A stretch of 64,000 nt of DNA from the NCBI GenBank assembly GCA_000708835.1, contig DF237071.1, positions 62,001 through 126,000 of the forward strand, read 5' to 3'. This document shows, one piece after another, positions 1 through 19,200 of this stretch. Each line of letters starts with the position of its first letter. Position 1 is the first letter of the stretch. Both the position numbers and the translations under genes were made by a program. This DNA is from Klebsormidium nitens (taxonomy: Eukaryota; Plantae; Klebsormidiophyceae). The notes under the pieces are model-generated. The model made no database searches. It saw only the letters and a list, made by a program, of their open reading frames with translations, and was not told the DNA's origin.

Positions 1-581
1 TGCCACCGGCTGAATTGCACATGCCACACATGATCGAATAATGGTGAAGCATCGCTCCGACAGAAGAAGTTCTTCAAAGGCCTCTGTCCTACTTTTGTTG
101 AAGACTTGACTTCAGGATTGAACCAATGGTCAGACGCGACCGAAAATGTTAAACACAAGATTTCAAGCCTGGTATAGAAGGATCAACGGGCAGCGCACAA
201 GCGCAGTTCCCACGCAGCTGGTTCTTGAGTTGGATCTGCTGGCATGGTTGAGTCGGTTTCTCGCCAATTCATGCAGGCACCTTGCCGTTGACCATACACG
301 ATAACATGATTGGGAATCCATGCACGATCTTCCACTGCCACACTACATCTCGAATCGAATCAAGCTACAAGCGATGCCACGCATGCAGAGTGCAGAACCT
401 GGCCAGCAGGATGTGTACGCAAGCCGAAGTACTCACATATACATCCGTGTCAAAGCAGCACGTGCGCCAAAAGCACCTTTGCACACGATCAGGCATGTAT
501 CAATCACGCGGGAGGAGGAATCGGGACTGAATGGCTTGCTTTCAGCATTCGATAAAAAAACGTGATGGTGGCATGGGGCCT

Positions 582-5591
<5,010 letters not shown>

Positions 5592-6645
5592 TGCGACGGC
5601 CCCTCCGCAGCTCCTCTTGTGCTGCCTGGACGCGTGAAAAGGACCTTCTCTCTCGCTGAGGAGAGACGTCAAGCTCCAGTCTGGCGTTTCGAAGCTTCGG
5701 CGTCGATTGACGTACGAAGCACATCGACTCAACAAGTGAACGGGCGTCTTGGAGCGGGAATCGACAGTGCGAGTATCGAAAGTGCCAATGCTAGAGCCGG
5801 GTTAGGGTCTGTAAAAGGGCAACCGGGTTCTGACCCAGAAATTAAACTCTAACCTCAGAACGAGCCAGCCGTCCGATATCAATGAGAACACATCTCAGCT
5901 GTTGGAACTTTTGACTAACCCAAACTGTCGAGCCTCGGTTAGGACCTGTTAAACCCAAGGTGAAAAGGTCACGACTAGCTAGCAACATGCAAGGCGATTC
6001 CCAGTCTGTTCCAGTCAGACTCGAAGACGAGCTGTTGATCACAGATCAGAGGCAAAGTTGGAGTCTTCAAGAAAGAATTTGAGTTCAATGGCATTGGAAG
6101 CTTTCTCGAAAAAGGTTGGAGGAATTTGACATCCACTGATGCAGGGCCCAGGCCAATGTTTGGATGTCTGTTGTAGCAAGGAAGCTGGACGATCCGATTG
6201 AAAGTCCTGGAAAAAAGGTTACCTGCGTAATCAGCAAAGTTTACAAACTTTTGATGTTTCAGCTGTTTTTACTACGGCGGCCCGTTGTTTCTGGTAAAGA
6301 AGTGGTACAGTGACGGCAAGGAGTTTCTTGGTGTCCCGCAGACACCAGCATTTGCTGAGAGCTCTGCACTGAAACATCGTAAACAGGGACAGGGGGCAAC
6401 TATCAAGCATTTGATCTAGCTCTATTGACCCTGAATCAGTCAAAATCATAGAAGCCTTTTGGATCATCATTTTCCCAACCATCAGATTTCTAAAAGACTT
6501 ATTGCTAAGAAAAGGTTGCGCTCTAGCTTTGGCATTGCAGCCAGCCATGCATGAGCAGAACGGAACAGCATTCCGACACTGACACTCAGCACTCATTGAT
6601 CCAGTTTGTTTGACAAGGCTTGCTGCAGCAGTGTCAATTGCAACA
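5592..6645. promoter_or_regulatory. Divergent RPL7A/PRMT4 promoter and 5' UTR interval
   Basis: The two start codons are about 1.05 kb apart, head to head. Pyrimidine tract CCTTTTC near 5640 on the minus strand (TOP-like) and telo-box-like GGTTAGGG near 5800. Transcription starts not determined. Confidence 0.4.
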
Positions 6646-9600
6646 ATGCAGGGCAATGGACCAGGCTCGTCTGAGCCATTTAGCTTCCCGTCAGTTTCAA
6701 TTTGCGAGCAGATTGTGACACAAGATGGGGATGTGCATTGGGGCCCTCCGCAGAGGGGCGAGCTACAGATTGCTCGGGACGCTTCGTTTGTCTTTGTGGA
6801 AGAGCAGCAGCGGCAGGGGCTCCTTAGGGGGTCGTTGGCAGACAACAATCTGCAGGTATGGCATTTTACCTTTGAAATACCATCTATGTTGCTCATCGTC
6901 CATTCTGCGTCTGCCGTTGAATTGGTTTCCCCTCTGATCAACGCAGGGAGCAATTCTTTTGATGGCGGCAGGATGCCGTAGATAAGCTTGTCACTTAACA
7001 TTTTCTGCTGAAGGTTCCTGTTTGTCTAGTTCCTCAACTGTCCAGCATTGAAGTTATAGAGACAAACACAACTATGGTGGTAGCATTCACCTGAAATGTT
7101 CCTCAGTCTAGCAGAAATGACTTTGGCATCACTTTCCCTTTTCTGCTTGCTTCATGACGTGTTAGGCCCAACACCCTCATGTAGGCTCTGATCGACTGAA
7201 GACATTCTCCAACTGGTGATCCAGGGCATCCAATGTGATAAAGTCTTGCAAAGTCCTTGCACCGACATGGTCACTCTCCGTGTTGCTAAATCAGGCTTTC
7301 CAAAGCCAGTTTTCAATCTCGAAAAAGACGCTTCTGCATGCAGGTCCTAAGAGCTGGGCCCACTCTCCAGATCTGGTCTATGCCTGCGGCTCAACAAGCC
7401 GAGGTAAAGTCAAAGAAAGCGATGCCTTTCCACTTCCTATTCTCTCTGTACTCACCATGGTTTGTGTGGTGGTGCCTAAAAAGATATAGATGCTGACTGT
7501 GCATGGGAAGGCTTTTAGAAGGTGACATCGATCGAGTGGTCCTGTCATTAAAAAGTTGACAGATTGATAAGTTGTGAAAGTGACAACTCAAAATGGTGAC
7601 TTTGAGAGGTGAAAATCTGGACTATTGAGGAAGTCTGGATCAGTGCACCACCTGCTGAAGGTCTGTTGTTGAAAATGAAGCAGGCCTAAGGCATGCCCTA
7701 AGCCGCTAGGGCGAAAGTGCATCGGTTGAAAGGATTGTGGTAAGCCAGGATCAATGTCGTATGTAATATTGAATACTATTTGATAAAAGCAAGCTGACCG
7801 TGGACTTCAGGCCAAGCGATGCTGTAAACCTTGTGTTGAGCACTTGGTATTTCTCAATTACAAACACATGAACCAAAAACAAGGACCAAGACTGTGGAGA
7901 GTCAAACTACCAGCTCTAATATCCAGCTTTTTTTGTCAAGTTCTAGGCTCAGGAAGTTTCTTACTTTAACAGGCCCGAACCATCCTCCTGCGATTGTCTT
8001 CCCAAGAAGCAAACGGGCGCCTTTGGACTCTAACACGTGAAGCGCAGCCAAAATCAGCTGGTGAGATTTGATAATGGACTTGTCACTTGCTTTTTTTAAG
8101 CACCCCTGGAATTGTCGCTGCACGCCAAAAGGATCAGTAAGAGTAGATGCTTGTTTCCTTGTCAGCATGTCCAGCTTCACCACTGCGAATGTGGGTTTAA
8201 ATTGATTAGAAGAAATATGATGCGCTCATTCCGGCGGTTTTACTCCGCAGAATCTGTTGCCTCCTTTGTGAAAGTTGCCATGCTGACCTTGCTTATGGCT
8301 CTTAGAAAAGGCCTCAGGATGATGATACGTTCTGCTGGTGTCCATTCACTCGAAGCGTCTCTGTGTTTCTAATATTGTCGAAGGTAAAGAAACGATTCTG
8401 TTTCATAGCGAACTGTGTCAATACATACGCTTTTGGTTGGTTGAGGGCTGTCTTATGTCTAGGCAGCGGCTTGTGCCTTCTTCATTGCTTTTTTTTCCCC
8501 CTGACCTAACTTCTGTCTCTTAATTTGTGAAGCCCGTCTTAGCTCGGTTTCTACCTGCGCTTTGTTAGTCTGTCACCATCAAACGTTTGACTACTAATAT
8601 CACTCTATGGTGCCTCCAGTGGCATTGGGCGTTTGAGGCAAGGGTCAATTGTGAGCCAGTGTTAGTCAGCTCCCAAATTTGTTCAATGTTGAGAAGCCTC
8701 AAAGGTCTAGGAGGGGCTGTCGTAATTGCATAGAGCTGGCGGAAATTTGTCTTTCTCCAATCTCTTGAAATGTCAAGCAACCAATTCCAACCTGTTTTCA
8801 GGGGATGCCAAGGCAGGGAGCGTGTTTGAGCAGAAGATCGAACAGGCATCGGCCAAGATGTACTTCCACTACTACGGCCAACTGGTGCATCAGCAGAACA
8901 TGCTGCAGGACTACGTGAGGACAGGTGGGTTCCGGGAATCTGACTTCGTGCTCCGTTCTTGCTGCACCACCTTTGACCTTTAGCAGGATTTCAGGATAGC
9001 CATTGATATTCCTCATCTGGGGTAGCTTTCGTTTATGAGAATAGATATTGCACCTACCAAGCAGAACATTTTGCAGAATTGTATAGGACAGGTGCGTTGC
9101 ATCATCGTGCTAGACTCAATCTCCTTCCCCCCTGCCGGATTAGATTCTGTTCTTCTCTGCTCACTCTAGTTTCTCTGCGGGCACTGAACTCGAGAACTGA
9201 GCGGACTTTAAAAGGAGAATTGTGGTGGAAGTGGGGTCAAAGACCCGAGTTCTTTTCCTCTTCATCTGCCCTCTCTCTATATGCAGGCACCTCACTACTG
9301 TAGAAGCGGGCGAAAAGAATGTTCTGTAGTTGACATGAGCGCAGAGAGCAGATTCGATTCCCGTTTCCCTGGCTTACCCTCTAATACCTCTGTTCCGCTC
9401 ACTCTTGTTTCCATTTTTGCAGGCACGTATTACGCCGCTGTTCTTGAGAACCGAGCGGACTTCGAGGGGAAGATTGTGGTGGACGTTGGAGCGGGAAGCG
9501 GGATCCTGTCGCTGTTTGCGGCGCAGGCCGGTGCCAAGAAAGTGTATGCAATCGAGGCGTCCGACATGGCGCAGTATGCGACGAGGCTGGCGGCAGGAAA

Positions 9601-12600
9601 CGGGGAGGTCGGGAGCAGGATCACGGTGAGGGTGCTTAATCCTGGTTCGTCTTACCTACGTGCTAGACAAATGCGAGGGCTCGTGCTTCAAAGTTAAGAC
9701 TGTCGATATATGATGCGGCTCGCTGCAAGGAACGGGGGCGCTGGGAGAAGGATATTGGTGAGGTTGTTCGATCTCCGACCGTCTTTTCTTTCAGTTTCAG
9801 AGAATCAAGGGTTCGCTTTAGGGTTGACAGTTTAGTATGTGAAGCAGCTGGCGGCGGGGAACACGTGAGTCGGGAGTAGGATTACGGTGAGGCTGTTAGA
9901 CGCTGGGATCGAATGTTCATTCTACTTCGTTTTCCGATTTCAATATTGTGTTGGATTGTGGCTACAGTTTTTTGTGTGGAATCTGCCATGGCTGCCCTGG
10001 GTGGGCGGCAAGGGGACTAAGCATCCAAGTAAGCAATCTGTTCCGACACACGCTGACAAACGGTTTCTTTCCGACACTAGCCTTCAAAGGGGTTAAGTTG
10101 GAACGTTTTCTGGGACTGGGCAAACAGCCGTATATGAGGCAACAAGATGGCAGGACAAAAAGGTTAGCTGAACTTGATCAAATGCTACTCTGCAGGTTGT
10201 GCACGGCAAGGTGGAGGAGGTGTCCATTCCGGAGCGCGCGGACGTGCTGATCAGCGAGCCGATGGGCACGCTGCTCATCAACGAACGCATGCTGGAAACG
10301 TACATCATTGCGCGTGACAAGTTCCTGCGGCCAGGGGGAAAGATGTTCCCGTCGCAGGGAAAGTGAGTGGCGTGACTGCCAAGAGGAACTTCTTAGCAAT
10401 GAGTTTTCTTGTAAAGGCCTGACGTCAGCGTACCAGCTTCCAACCGTCGTTCTTTTTTGCTGAAAGCCTTCGCCGTCTGGGATGAGGGACGTCGTCGGTT
10501 CTTAGAAAAGGGGAAAGACGTGGCTAGACACGCCCAAAGGAACCCACCGCAGCTTCGACTTGCAACCAGGACCATTTCTTCAGAGTCGATCTTCGTGGAG
10601 GTCAGCCGCGGAAGATCTCGGCAAAAAGGGGAGTCGTAGTCAGTAAAGTTCTTTATGCTGAGCCTTCGTTTCTGGTGTCCTATTGAGCACGGCTGATCGA
10701 AGCCCCTCGTCAGGCGATGGCCGACCCGGCGCTTTCTACCATTCCGGAAGTGTGTCTACGGCTCGATTTCGTTCGGGCTCCTTCATGCAGGAACCCTTCG
10801 CTTTCCCAATCGCCAGAAAATTCAACGTTGTTTGTTTATCAGTAGCCACGAGCTGACGCCTTGTCGTCCATTGATCAACTTCTGAAGCTCGTTTCCTCAA
10901 CTTGGCCTTTTCTCAGGATCTTGGTTCCGTCCTGTTCTTCGAGGAGGCGCTTCAGAGCTTACCATGATAGAACGCGGCCACATGATCAACATAGATTGTA
11001 GAGCTTTCTCCAATCCAGAGTGGTCAATGTGGGACGGAGAACATGTACGAAGTCTCTCTCAGGCTCGAGAATAAAATTCCGGCTTCGTCTTTCTCCCAGG
11101 ATCTTCATGGCTCCCTTCGCCGACGAAACGCTGTACACGGAGATCGCCAACAAGGCGCTCTTCTGGCAACAGCAGAGCTACTGCGGCGTCGACCTCTCGC
11201 CGCTGTACGGACAGGCCTTCTCGGGTTACTTCTCGCAGGTGAGAGATCCGTTCGTTTGATGGTCGAGCTAACAATCCTAAGCTGGTAATAATCCCAACTG
11301 TCTGTGAACAATTGCCAAGGCCACATATGTCCTTGTTTTTCACCTGGGATCCGCTTGTGGCTGAAAACAAGACGTGCAATTCTGCAAGGTGGCCCTTTGC
11401 TTGGCCACTTTGATTTGAGCCATCTGCATATGATTTGGAGTCTCGTGCATGTTTTGGGTTGGCAACAGGCAGAACGGCTTTATCCAAGGGCTCTCTCATG
11501 ATTGTGCGTGCCCGCTGCCTGAAGCTGTACGTTCGAGGTCTCGGGTTCAGAAAGCTCATCGGGGCCTATTGCTAGATCGTGCATTGGTTGTTTGAAACAG
11601 GAAGTACCACTTTGCACCCATATCTACCAACTAAAATAGCATCGCTGGGTTGGTTCTTAGTGTATCCAATGTTCTCACACATTGAATTTCACAAAGACGG
11701 CCCTAAAACATAATCTGTTATTTGACAACCCAAACCCCAGTAAACCCTCGAGCCTTGACGCTAACCCTAATTTTATCAAGCCTAAAAAGAAACCTCAAAA
11801 CCCTGCAAGCTGTGCCCTGAGTTTGCTAGAACCATTTCGCAGCCGGTGGTGGACGCGTTCGACCCGCGGCTTTTGGTGGCGCCGTCGCAGACCCACGTGA
11901 TCGACTTCATGACTGCCAAGGAGGCGGACCTGTACGAGATCGACATCCCGCTGAGCTTCAAGGCTGCCATTGCGACGCGTGTGCACGGGCTCGCGTGCTG
12001 GTTCGACGTGCTCTTTGACGGAAGGTAGGTCGTTCAAACGTGGTCCTTGGATCGCTTCCAGAGCACCCCAAGCCAAGCTTACAATGCACCCTTGCCTCAC
12101 CGCCTGTCTGCTGGTTTGACAATCATAGACGTCGTCGCTCTTATGGTTGTCGGCGGTCTTCCGCCGCTTTCTCAACCGTTTGGTGGGCTGGATCAACCGT
12201 TTGGTGGGCTGAATCTGACACTGCTCTTCACTTGAGTCCGTGTTCATTTTTCCTCCGAAGCCGCATACGAGCGCCGTGGCTTATCCGTCCTTTCCGGTTT
12301 CCAGCAACGTCCTGCGATGGCTTTCGCCTGCCCCCTTCAGCCGCCGACCCACTGGTGTCAGCTACATTAATGACTCATCTTTCGACCCATAGCTTATCCT
12401 CTTCCCAGTAGCTTATATCTCGGAGTCCAACTCAGCGCTTATGCTCGCACATTTTCCGTCCAGCAACGTCCTCCGGTGGCTCTCGACCGCGCCGGGCCAA
12501 CCGACGACTCACTGGTACCAGCTTCGTTGCGTGCTCAGCCAGCCTCTGTACGTCCTAGGGGGACAGCAAATCTCCGGTAAGCCTAAGAACCCTAACACTG

Positions 12601-14760
12601 CACCTCCGGGCTCCAGGGGTCTTACTCTATTCTCTCGGTTTCCGTAGCTTACCGAATGCACACTTTTGCCAGCGTTTTTGTGGACTGCATTATCAAAATC
12701 ATGCTGTCCACCGCGACTGCCCAAGTTGGCAATATCGAAGGAGGAATTTTTAGATCACATTCTAGCTATACATGTGTACAATTTCCACAGAGCGGTAGCC
12801 CCTGCCACTAGGAGCTACTCCATCAATGTCATGCTCCCTATCGAAACTGCTGCCTTCAACCCGACTTACCAACCCAAGCCCTGGAATTCTAAAGCGCACT
12901 TCTGCCTAAGGGCGTCTACACATGGTGGCCCACGTGGCCCAAAGTTACCCCATCGAATGATGCTTCGTATCATGACGAGCGGGCACGTACAAAGCTTCGA
13001 AGGTCAAGAGCTTGAACCCCAAAGATCCCAGAACCCTAAGTCTAACCCTTAGTGTTCCAGGGCGCCTCCACATGGTGGCCCATGCCTCCCAGAGCTACAC
13101 GATATCTCACGCGGTCTACCACGACGGGGGGCCGCGTGCAAAGCTCCTCATGGCAAGCTTCAGAATTCGAAATCTGAAAGAAAACCCAGAAACCTTGAGA
13201 CTGAACCCTAACCAACCCTTAAACCTCGTTTCCCAGGGCGTCTACACGTGGTTCCCCACGCTTCACTGAGCTACACCATCAATTTCAAGCTGTCTCCCAC
13301 GACGGGCCGGCGCGTACAAAGCGCCTCCGGCAAGCTTCAAACTGGAGACCTGAATTAAATCTCGGAAACCTGAACCTTCACCTAACCCTTCAACCTTCGT
13401 TTGTCAGGGCGTCTACACATGGTGGCCCATGCCCATGAGTACACCATCAATTCCATGATCTCTACCACGACGGGCGGCTGCATGCAAAGCTCGCTAACCA
13501 AGCTTCAGACTTCGAAACCTGAAACAAAACTCAGGAACCCCAAACCCGAAGCCTAACCTAACCTTTGAACCTTCGTTTGTCAGGGCGTCTACACATGGTT
13601 GCCCACGCTTCCCAGAGCTACACCATCAACCTGACGCTGTCTACCACGACGGGCGGGCGCGTGCAAAGCTCTTCTGGCAAGCTGGACCTCAAGGAGCCCT
13701 ACTACCGAATGTCACAGGCGGCGACTTATGGCTCCTGGTACGGAATGGAAGATTCACAAGCGGGGGGGCAGCCACAGCAGCAGCAGCAGGCGCAGGAGGC
13801 CCCCCCGGCGCAGATGCCCCCGGACGTGTCCATGCAGCAACACGAGGTAGGTGCTTGATTTCGAAGCTTGAGAAAATGTGGTCGGAGGATTCTACTCAGT
13901 CTTTGATGCTCGAGAGAATCTGATCTGCGGATGCTTTTCGGTCTGGTTCCTCAAATCTTGGTGGTTCTCTCTTCGTGAGTCTGTTACCAAAAAGCGTGCG
14001 TCAGGCTTCGAACTCCGCTTTTCGTGATGACCTTTTCGGAACTCTAGGATCGTTGCTTATTTGGAACTTCCGAATCTGGGTGCGCTACTCTTGCCATGCT
14101 TTCCAAGCGGAAAAGGTTGGGCTTTCGCTCTTACTAAGCTCAAGGGTAACGACCGAGTCGCTCACCTTGCTTCAGAGCCTTTTGATCACGTTTCTAAGAA
14201 GGCGACCGTCCTGTGGACGTCAGTCCTTCCGTTTTGAAGCTATTCGTTCTCCTGCCTTGCCCATCATAAGAAAGATCGTACGCAGACTTGAGAGGGCGCG
14301 CACGCTGCAACGACCAACTATATATAATTCTCGTTCCGAGTCGGAGTCGACGGTCGCTGCTTCGATTTCAATGCTGACGGATGCTCGGCGGCCGAAAAGC
14401 CCGATGTGCGCATAAACGGTCGCATTTGTGACGTCATGCGGACGCTTCCGCCGACGCCCACTTTGAGAATCGTAGACTTCGATCTCAGCAATACCGTTTG
14501 TGCAATATGTGCAGCCGTACCCAAACCAACACGCCCCCCAGCAAAGTGGCCGCCAAAGGAGGCAGCCGGAGCGGAGTCACCCCGACGGTTACCAGTCCGG
14601 AATGGGAAACGCCGCACAGAGTCAACAGCAGCAGCAATATTGGGCCGGTCAGCAGGGCCGGCCAGAGGGAGCATACGCTTCCGGCGGGCAGTACAGTCAA
14701 GGAAACAGCGGGGGCGGTTACAACAATCAGTCAGGGCAAACCGGGTGGCAATATCGATGA
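6646..14760 (+). CDS. PRMT4: Protein arginine N-methyltransferase 4 (CARM1-type), about 597 aa
   Basis: Exons 6646-6855, 7344-7403, 7973-8060, 8802-8924, 9423-9625, 10196-10362, 11100-11238, 11843-12024, 12464-12576, 13584-13846, 14515-14760. Phases are consistent, total 1794 nt. Motifs: [73 protein letters not shown]. The first three exons (PH-like N-terminus) and the last exon are less certain than the catalytic core. Confidence 0.92.
9180..9895 (+). repeat. Decayed copies of both ends of PRMT4 exon 5 in the flanking introns
   Basis: About 9180-9240 resembles cttgagaaccgagcggacttcgaggggaagattgtggtgga. About 9848-9893 resembles ctggcggcaggaaac...gtcgggagcaggatcacg|gtgagg and includes the donor. 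Confidence 0.75.
12295..13560 (+). repeat. Decayed copies of the PRMT4 exon-9 start (one) and exon-10 start (four, period about 150-177 bp)
   Basis: ccag|caacgtcct.c..tggct near 12303. AG|GGCGYCT.CAC.TGGT copies near 12909, 13059, 13235 and 13406, upstream of the true acceptor at 13582-13583. Confidence 0.85.
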
Positions 14761-16209
14761 CAGATGGAACTTTAGATGAACAACGACTTTAATGCTTGTG
14801 CGAGTGTCGTCAGATTGTGTAAGAAGGTAGACTCAGCGTTTGCCAATGTCTTTGCTTGGTTGTCGGGGTATGTGCTATTTCTGTTGTTGCAAATATCAAA
14901 GTTAGAGAAACACATTTGCAGAGCCGTTCTGAACGCCAGGACCACAAGTGTCTGAAGTCTGACTGAATTCAATGCGCCTCTGGAGATTAATCAGTATGCA
15001 TGCCATCCAAATTGCACAGGCGCACTGCATATATGATTGTCTTTTGTGAGGCCGGGCGGCTGCTTAAGTTACCCAGCGAATGCTCACCGTTGAGTGCCTT
15101 CAAGCATGCGAATGAGACAGATTGCCAAAGTGTTGCATCTCGCAGGCTGTCCCCTGAGTATCGGACATGCTGGGGACAGATTAAGCCTGCCCTCGATCCG
15201 TTATGCTCTCAAAAAATTATATGTCCGAATCTTGAATGTCAGGATATAAGTGAGATTGAACCGTTCAATGTTAACTTGAAGTTCAACCGACTCAATGCCA
15301 GGCAACCGTCCAGGTTTCAATCGGCGAATAATGCTCAGCGCACCCGGCCGCCATCGCGTACACAAAATCAAGCCATGCGCCATGCATGATGCATCTGGCA
15401 CCTCTTATCCAACATCGATCTGGCATCACATGCACTGTATAAAGCAATGATTATTCTTCGATCGTTACACATGGCATACGACCATACATTCCACCGCCGC
15501 CACGACGTACCTATCACGAATTGACTCAGTGACATGTTTGTGCATGCCGGCCGCTGAGCAGCTGTCACTCAAGCGCTCAATCAGAGGCTCTTAATTAAGT
15601 CAGCTGATCGTCAGTGTCACTATCTTACTAAAGTTGTCACGCACATGATATTCGATCTTGTACGCGAGATCGGTGCAGTGCAGTCAATGCACAGGCTATG
15701 TTGGGTCCGATTGCTATACGCATCATCGATCACTCATTCAAACCTTCTGAGACAAGCATGGTTCCGACCATGCCATGCATCCGGCCAACGGCTTGGCACG
15801 TACCGCAGAAGGATACTAAAGTAATGAACACTGATGTAGCAAAAAGTCCACAGAATCAATGGGCGCTAGCTTAGCAACCCTCTTGGATATCTCTCGATCA
15901 GCGTATACGTACGTACTGCCCAAGAAAGAAAGGGCTTACATCGGTCACTCGACCCACTACGGGGCTAAAGTCTAGCAACATCTGTCGGGCCGGAACGACA
16001 CCTTTCACTCGACAACCTCCACGGTGCTACAAGTCTAGCAACATCCGGGAACGACACCGCAACGGCTCTAGTGCGCAACGACTCTAATGCTGAGCAGGTT
16101 TTTCCCCAATACTTGATGGGGCCCAGTTATCAAAATGAAGTCGGCCCCTCCACCATCCTGAATTTCCAATTAGCCCACTAGGCTAAATCCTGCAGCCCAA
16201 CTGGCCTAG

Positions 16210-19200
16210 CTAATGCTGAGCAAAATTGTCCCAGTACTTGATGGGCCCCAGTACAACGGCGGACGACGGCGCTCCTCCGACGTTGAACGTCCGCAGGACC
16301 TCGAGCGTGTCCTGGTGGTACTCCTCGACCGCTGCCTTCTTGGGGATCATCACGAACAGCTGCAAGTCCACCGAAAGGACCCGAATCAGTTGCTAGCGAC
16401 GTAAAACCTTGGAAGTTGCAAACAACCGCTCCTTGCGATTAAAAAAACTCAGAGATAGCTAGTGATTAAAGGCGTTTGATTTCTTAACATCGTCGTCCGA
16501 CCGACATCTTGTCTGTTTTCTCTACATCTTGTGTGTTTCTCTACGATGTGAAAAGCACTACTGCCGGCGTGTTTGTTTGTTGCAAGCACTGGGAAAAACA
16601 GTCATTCGAAAGAAAGCTGAGGATCTGCATGCAAAAAACCGGTTGAAGGCTCAGAGCTTGCACGACAAAACTCAAGCACTCGATTCGGTCTGAGTCAGCG
16701 GAGCTTACCCTCCCCAGCCCGACTTGCACCGCGGGCCAGACGTCATCAGAAGTATCGAACGCCGTCGAAAGATCGCCGCTCAGAACGCCGGTCACGCGAC
16801 GCATTTCGGCCCCCGTTCTGGGGTTCAGAGTGATCAGGGTCCCGTTCTCGCCCGCCGTTAGCACAGCCAGCAGATCGCCCGCCGGATCAAGAACTGCACG
16901 AGGAAACAAAGCGCATTGTCTTCAGTTCCAGCATCACCCGAGTTCGAGCCAATCTCGTTAGCTAGCGCGTGCGCAGTGGGAGAAAGCGGTTTGTCCGAAG
17001 CTGGTCCGAAACCGGTTTGAATGTAAAACACCGGTCCGAGCCTGGTCCGAACGCTTCGGAAACCGTTCAAGACCTGTCCGACGTCGCCATGAACCGCACA
17101 GCAGTTTGGAGCGCGTATGAACCAGGTTCGGACAAAGAGTATTCTGCAGATTGGTTTCTTGAAAAACTTCTCAGCTCTTACTGCTAGCTTCTCATGAAGG
17201 TATCAACCAGTTACAACGACCTCAGACACGTGCAAAACCTTGGATGAGCTCCGGAACGTCACATTGTGGATATAAAGTGTTGTTTTTCTAGGCACGTGTC
17301 TCCGCTTAGGACACGTAGAAGCGCGCTACGTTCAGCTAAGGACGCGCCAGACTCGGGACGGAATGTGTCGCCGGGACTGAATCGAGACGCGAAGGAAGTC
17401 CTTTAACGTTTTCTTTTGCTTTTGAGTCCAAAAGCTATGAATCCTTTCATGCATGCAGACGTCCCCGTGCAACGTTAGCGCGCTTGCGTGGAAAGGGGAG
17501 AGGCCGTTCATCTCTACAGTGGCTGACGTTGAATGCTGATATTGTCCACCTGCGTTGATGACTTCCCCCTCGGTCGTTGCATTGACCACAAGTCGAGCCT
17601 CCCCAGCCGCTGGATCAAAGAAGTGGATCCCGATCGAGAGGTAGTCAGGAGGCGCGCCGTAAGAGACCCCAAAGAAGGTCGAGAACTTGCCGCTACCAAT
17701 GACCTCGTAAGCGCGGACGTTCAGAGGCAAGGGGATGCTCTTGTGGGTGAAGTTGTCCGGGGCTGCATTCAAAAGGAGGCAGCCATCAGCTTTTGAATGT
17801 GGAACGTCGTCTGCAATATCTACACGGAACGGCCTGTGTGTTGCGTATCGTGTCACTTTTGATAATTGTATGGAGCTCACAGGCAATGGAGGAAAATCAT
17901 AGAACTGCCAAGGTGATGAGCGGTATATCTGGTAAGGATTAAGCTTTCGATTGAAGAGATCCTCTAACAAAGCATCAATCACTCTGCACCCGTAAGTACT
18001 ACCCGTATCCCGGCCAAACTTAACCCCCGGCGTCCCACTCGATTCTCATTGGGCTTTGTCACTAAAGCGATCTAAATGGATATTCTCGGGTGATGATAAT
18101 TTGGAACGAACTCCAACTGCAATTCCAAGACAAGGCGCGAGCGTGTTAAGTACCTGTGTATGATATCACGAGTACCGAGCCGTTGCAGGCGAAAAGAGCA
18201 TCTTTGCCGTTGGTCGCAGTTCCATGAAGTTCGGGGCAAGCAGTTCTGGAGCGGTTGTACACAACGGTCCCGTCCGTGTTGTATACCTGCATATGAGCGG
18301 ATTGTCAATCAGCCTGGTTTTGCAGTGCTAGAATTTGATTCGATAGAAGCACTACAAAGCTTTCCTCCACTTTAAAATGAGCAGACTTTGCCAAGCAAGT
18401 CCTAAAAGCATGTGCGTTGTCAATTTCTAGTCTTCAATCGACTGGGCGTTTTTCAATAGTCTTCAATCGACTGGGAGTTTTCAATCTGAATCGCAACTTC
18501 CAAGAAGCTGCCAGTTTACTCGTCAACCGACCACATAAGGAGGTCTTTCATTCAGCAGCTGGATGACTCTCATTTGAATTCCCACCGAAAAAGACAGGTT
18601 GCTAAACTGATTTTGGAGCGGGGGAAAAGATGACTTATGCACTTATTCTTCCACTCGAACTGACAAGTTGCTGGGACCATTTAGAAGCGGGAGCGCAGCT
18701 GTAATCCAGCGAGGGAAAATTTGAGACTCACCTGAACGCCTTGAGCCAAGGCGACTTCCTCGTCGTTAATGGCAGACTGGTTAACGTAACCAATGGCGAA
18801 AAAGTCTTCTGACAGGGGCGCAACGAACCCGTGCTGTCGGTCGCTTTTGATGAACGTGGGCGAGTAGGAGGCGTTGCCAAGCTGCCTCTCGTCAATGATG
18901 CAAGCTCGCCCCTCTGGAAACGTGCACAGAGAAAGGCCGTCTGTCAGGGCTTTTAGAATAGGGAGAATGCTTGAAGTGCTGGGGTCCCAAATGGAAAAGG
19001 TAGACAGCTGTTAAGACGAGAACAAGGAGACGTGAACAGAGACGGCAGGCTGTCAGGACGCAGAAAAGGGTGACTGCCTGAGGTGATGCGGCTCCAAATG
19101 AAAAAGGTAGAAAGCTTTTAAGTAAGCACTTCCAAAGAGATAAAGGAAAGGTGCACAGAGAAAGGCCGTCTGCCAGAAATCGTAGAATAGGAAGTTCGCC

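Noticed and set aside
6231-7001. 256-aa minus-strand ORF
   Set aside because: Antisense to the PRMT4 first coding exon and intron; no recognisable domain or splice logic.
11730-13565. Telomere-like (CT)AACCCT motifs
   Set aside because: They sit just upstream of true or echoed acceptors and are better explained as CTAAC branch points.
17332-17982. 216-aa ORF as a single exon
   Set aside because: Only 17550-17762 has GC3-rich codons and phase-consistent splice sites; the flanks are read-through of introns.
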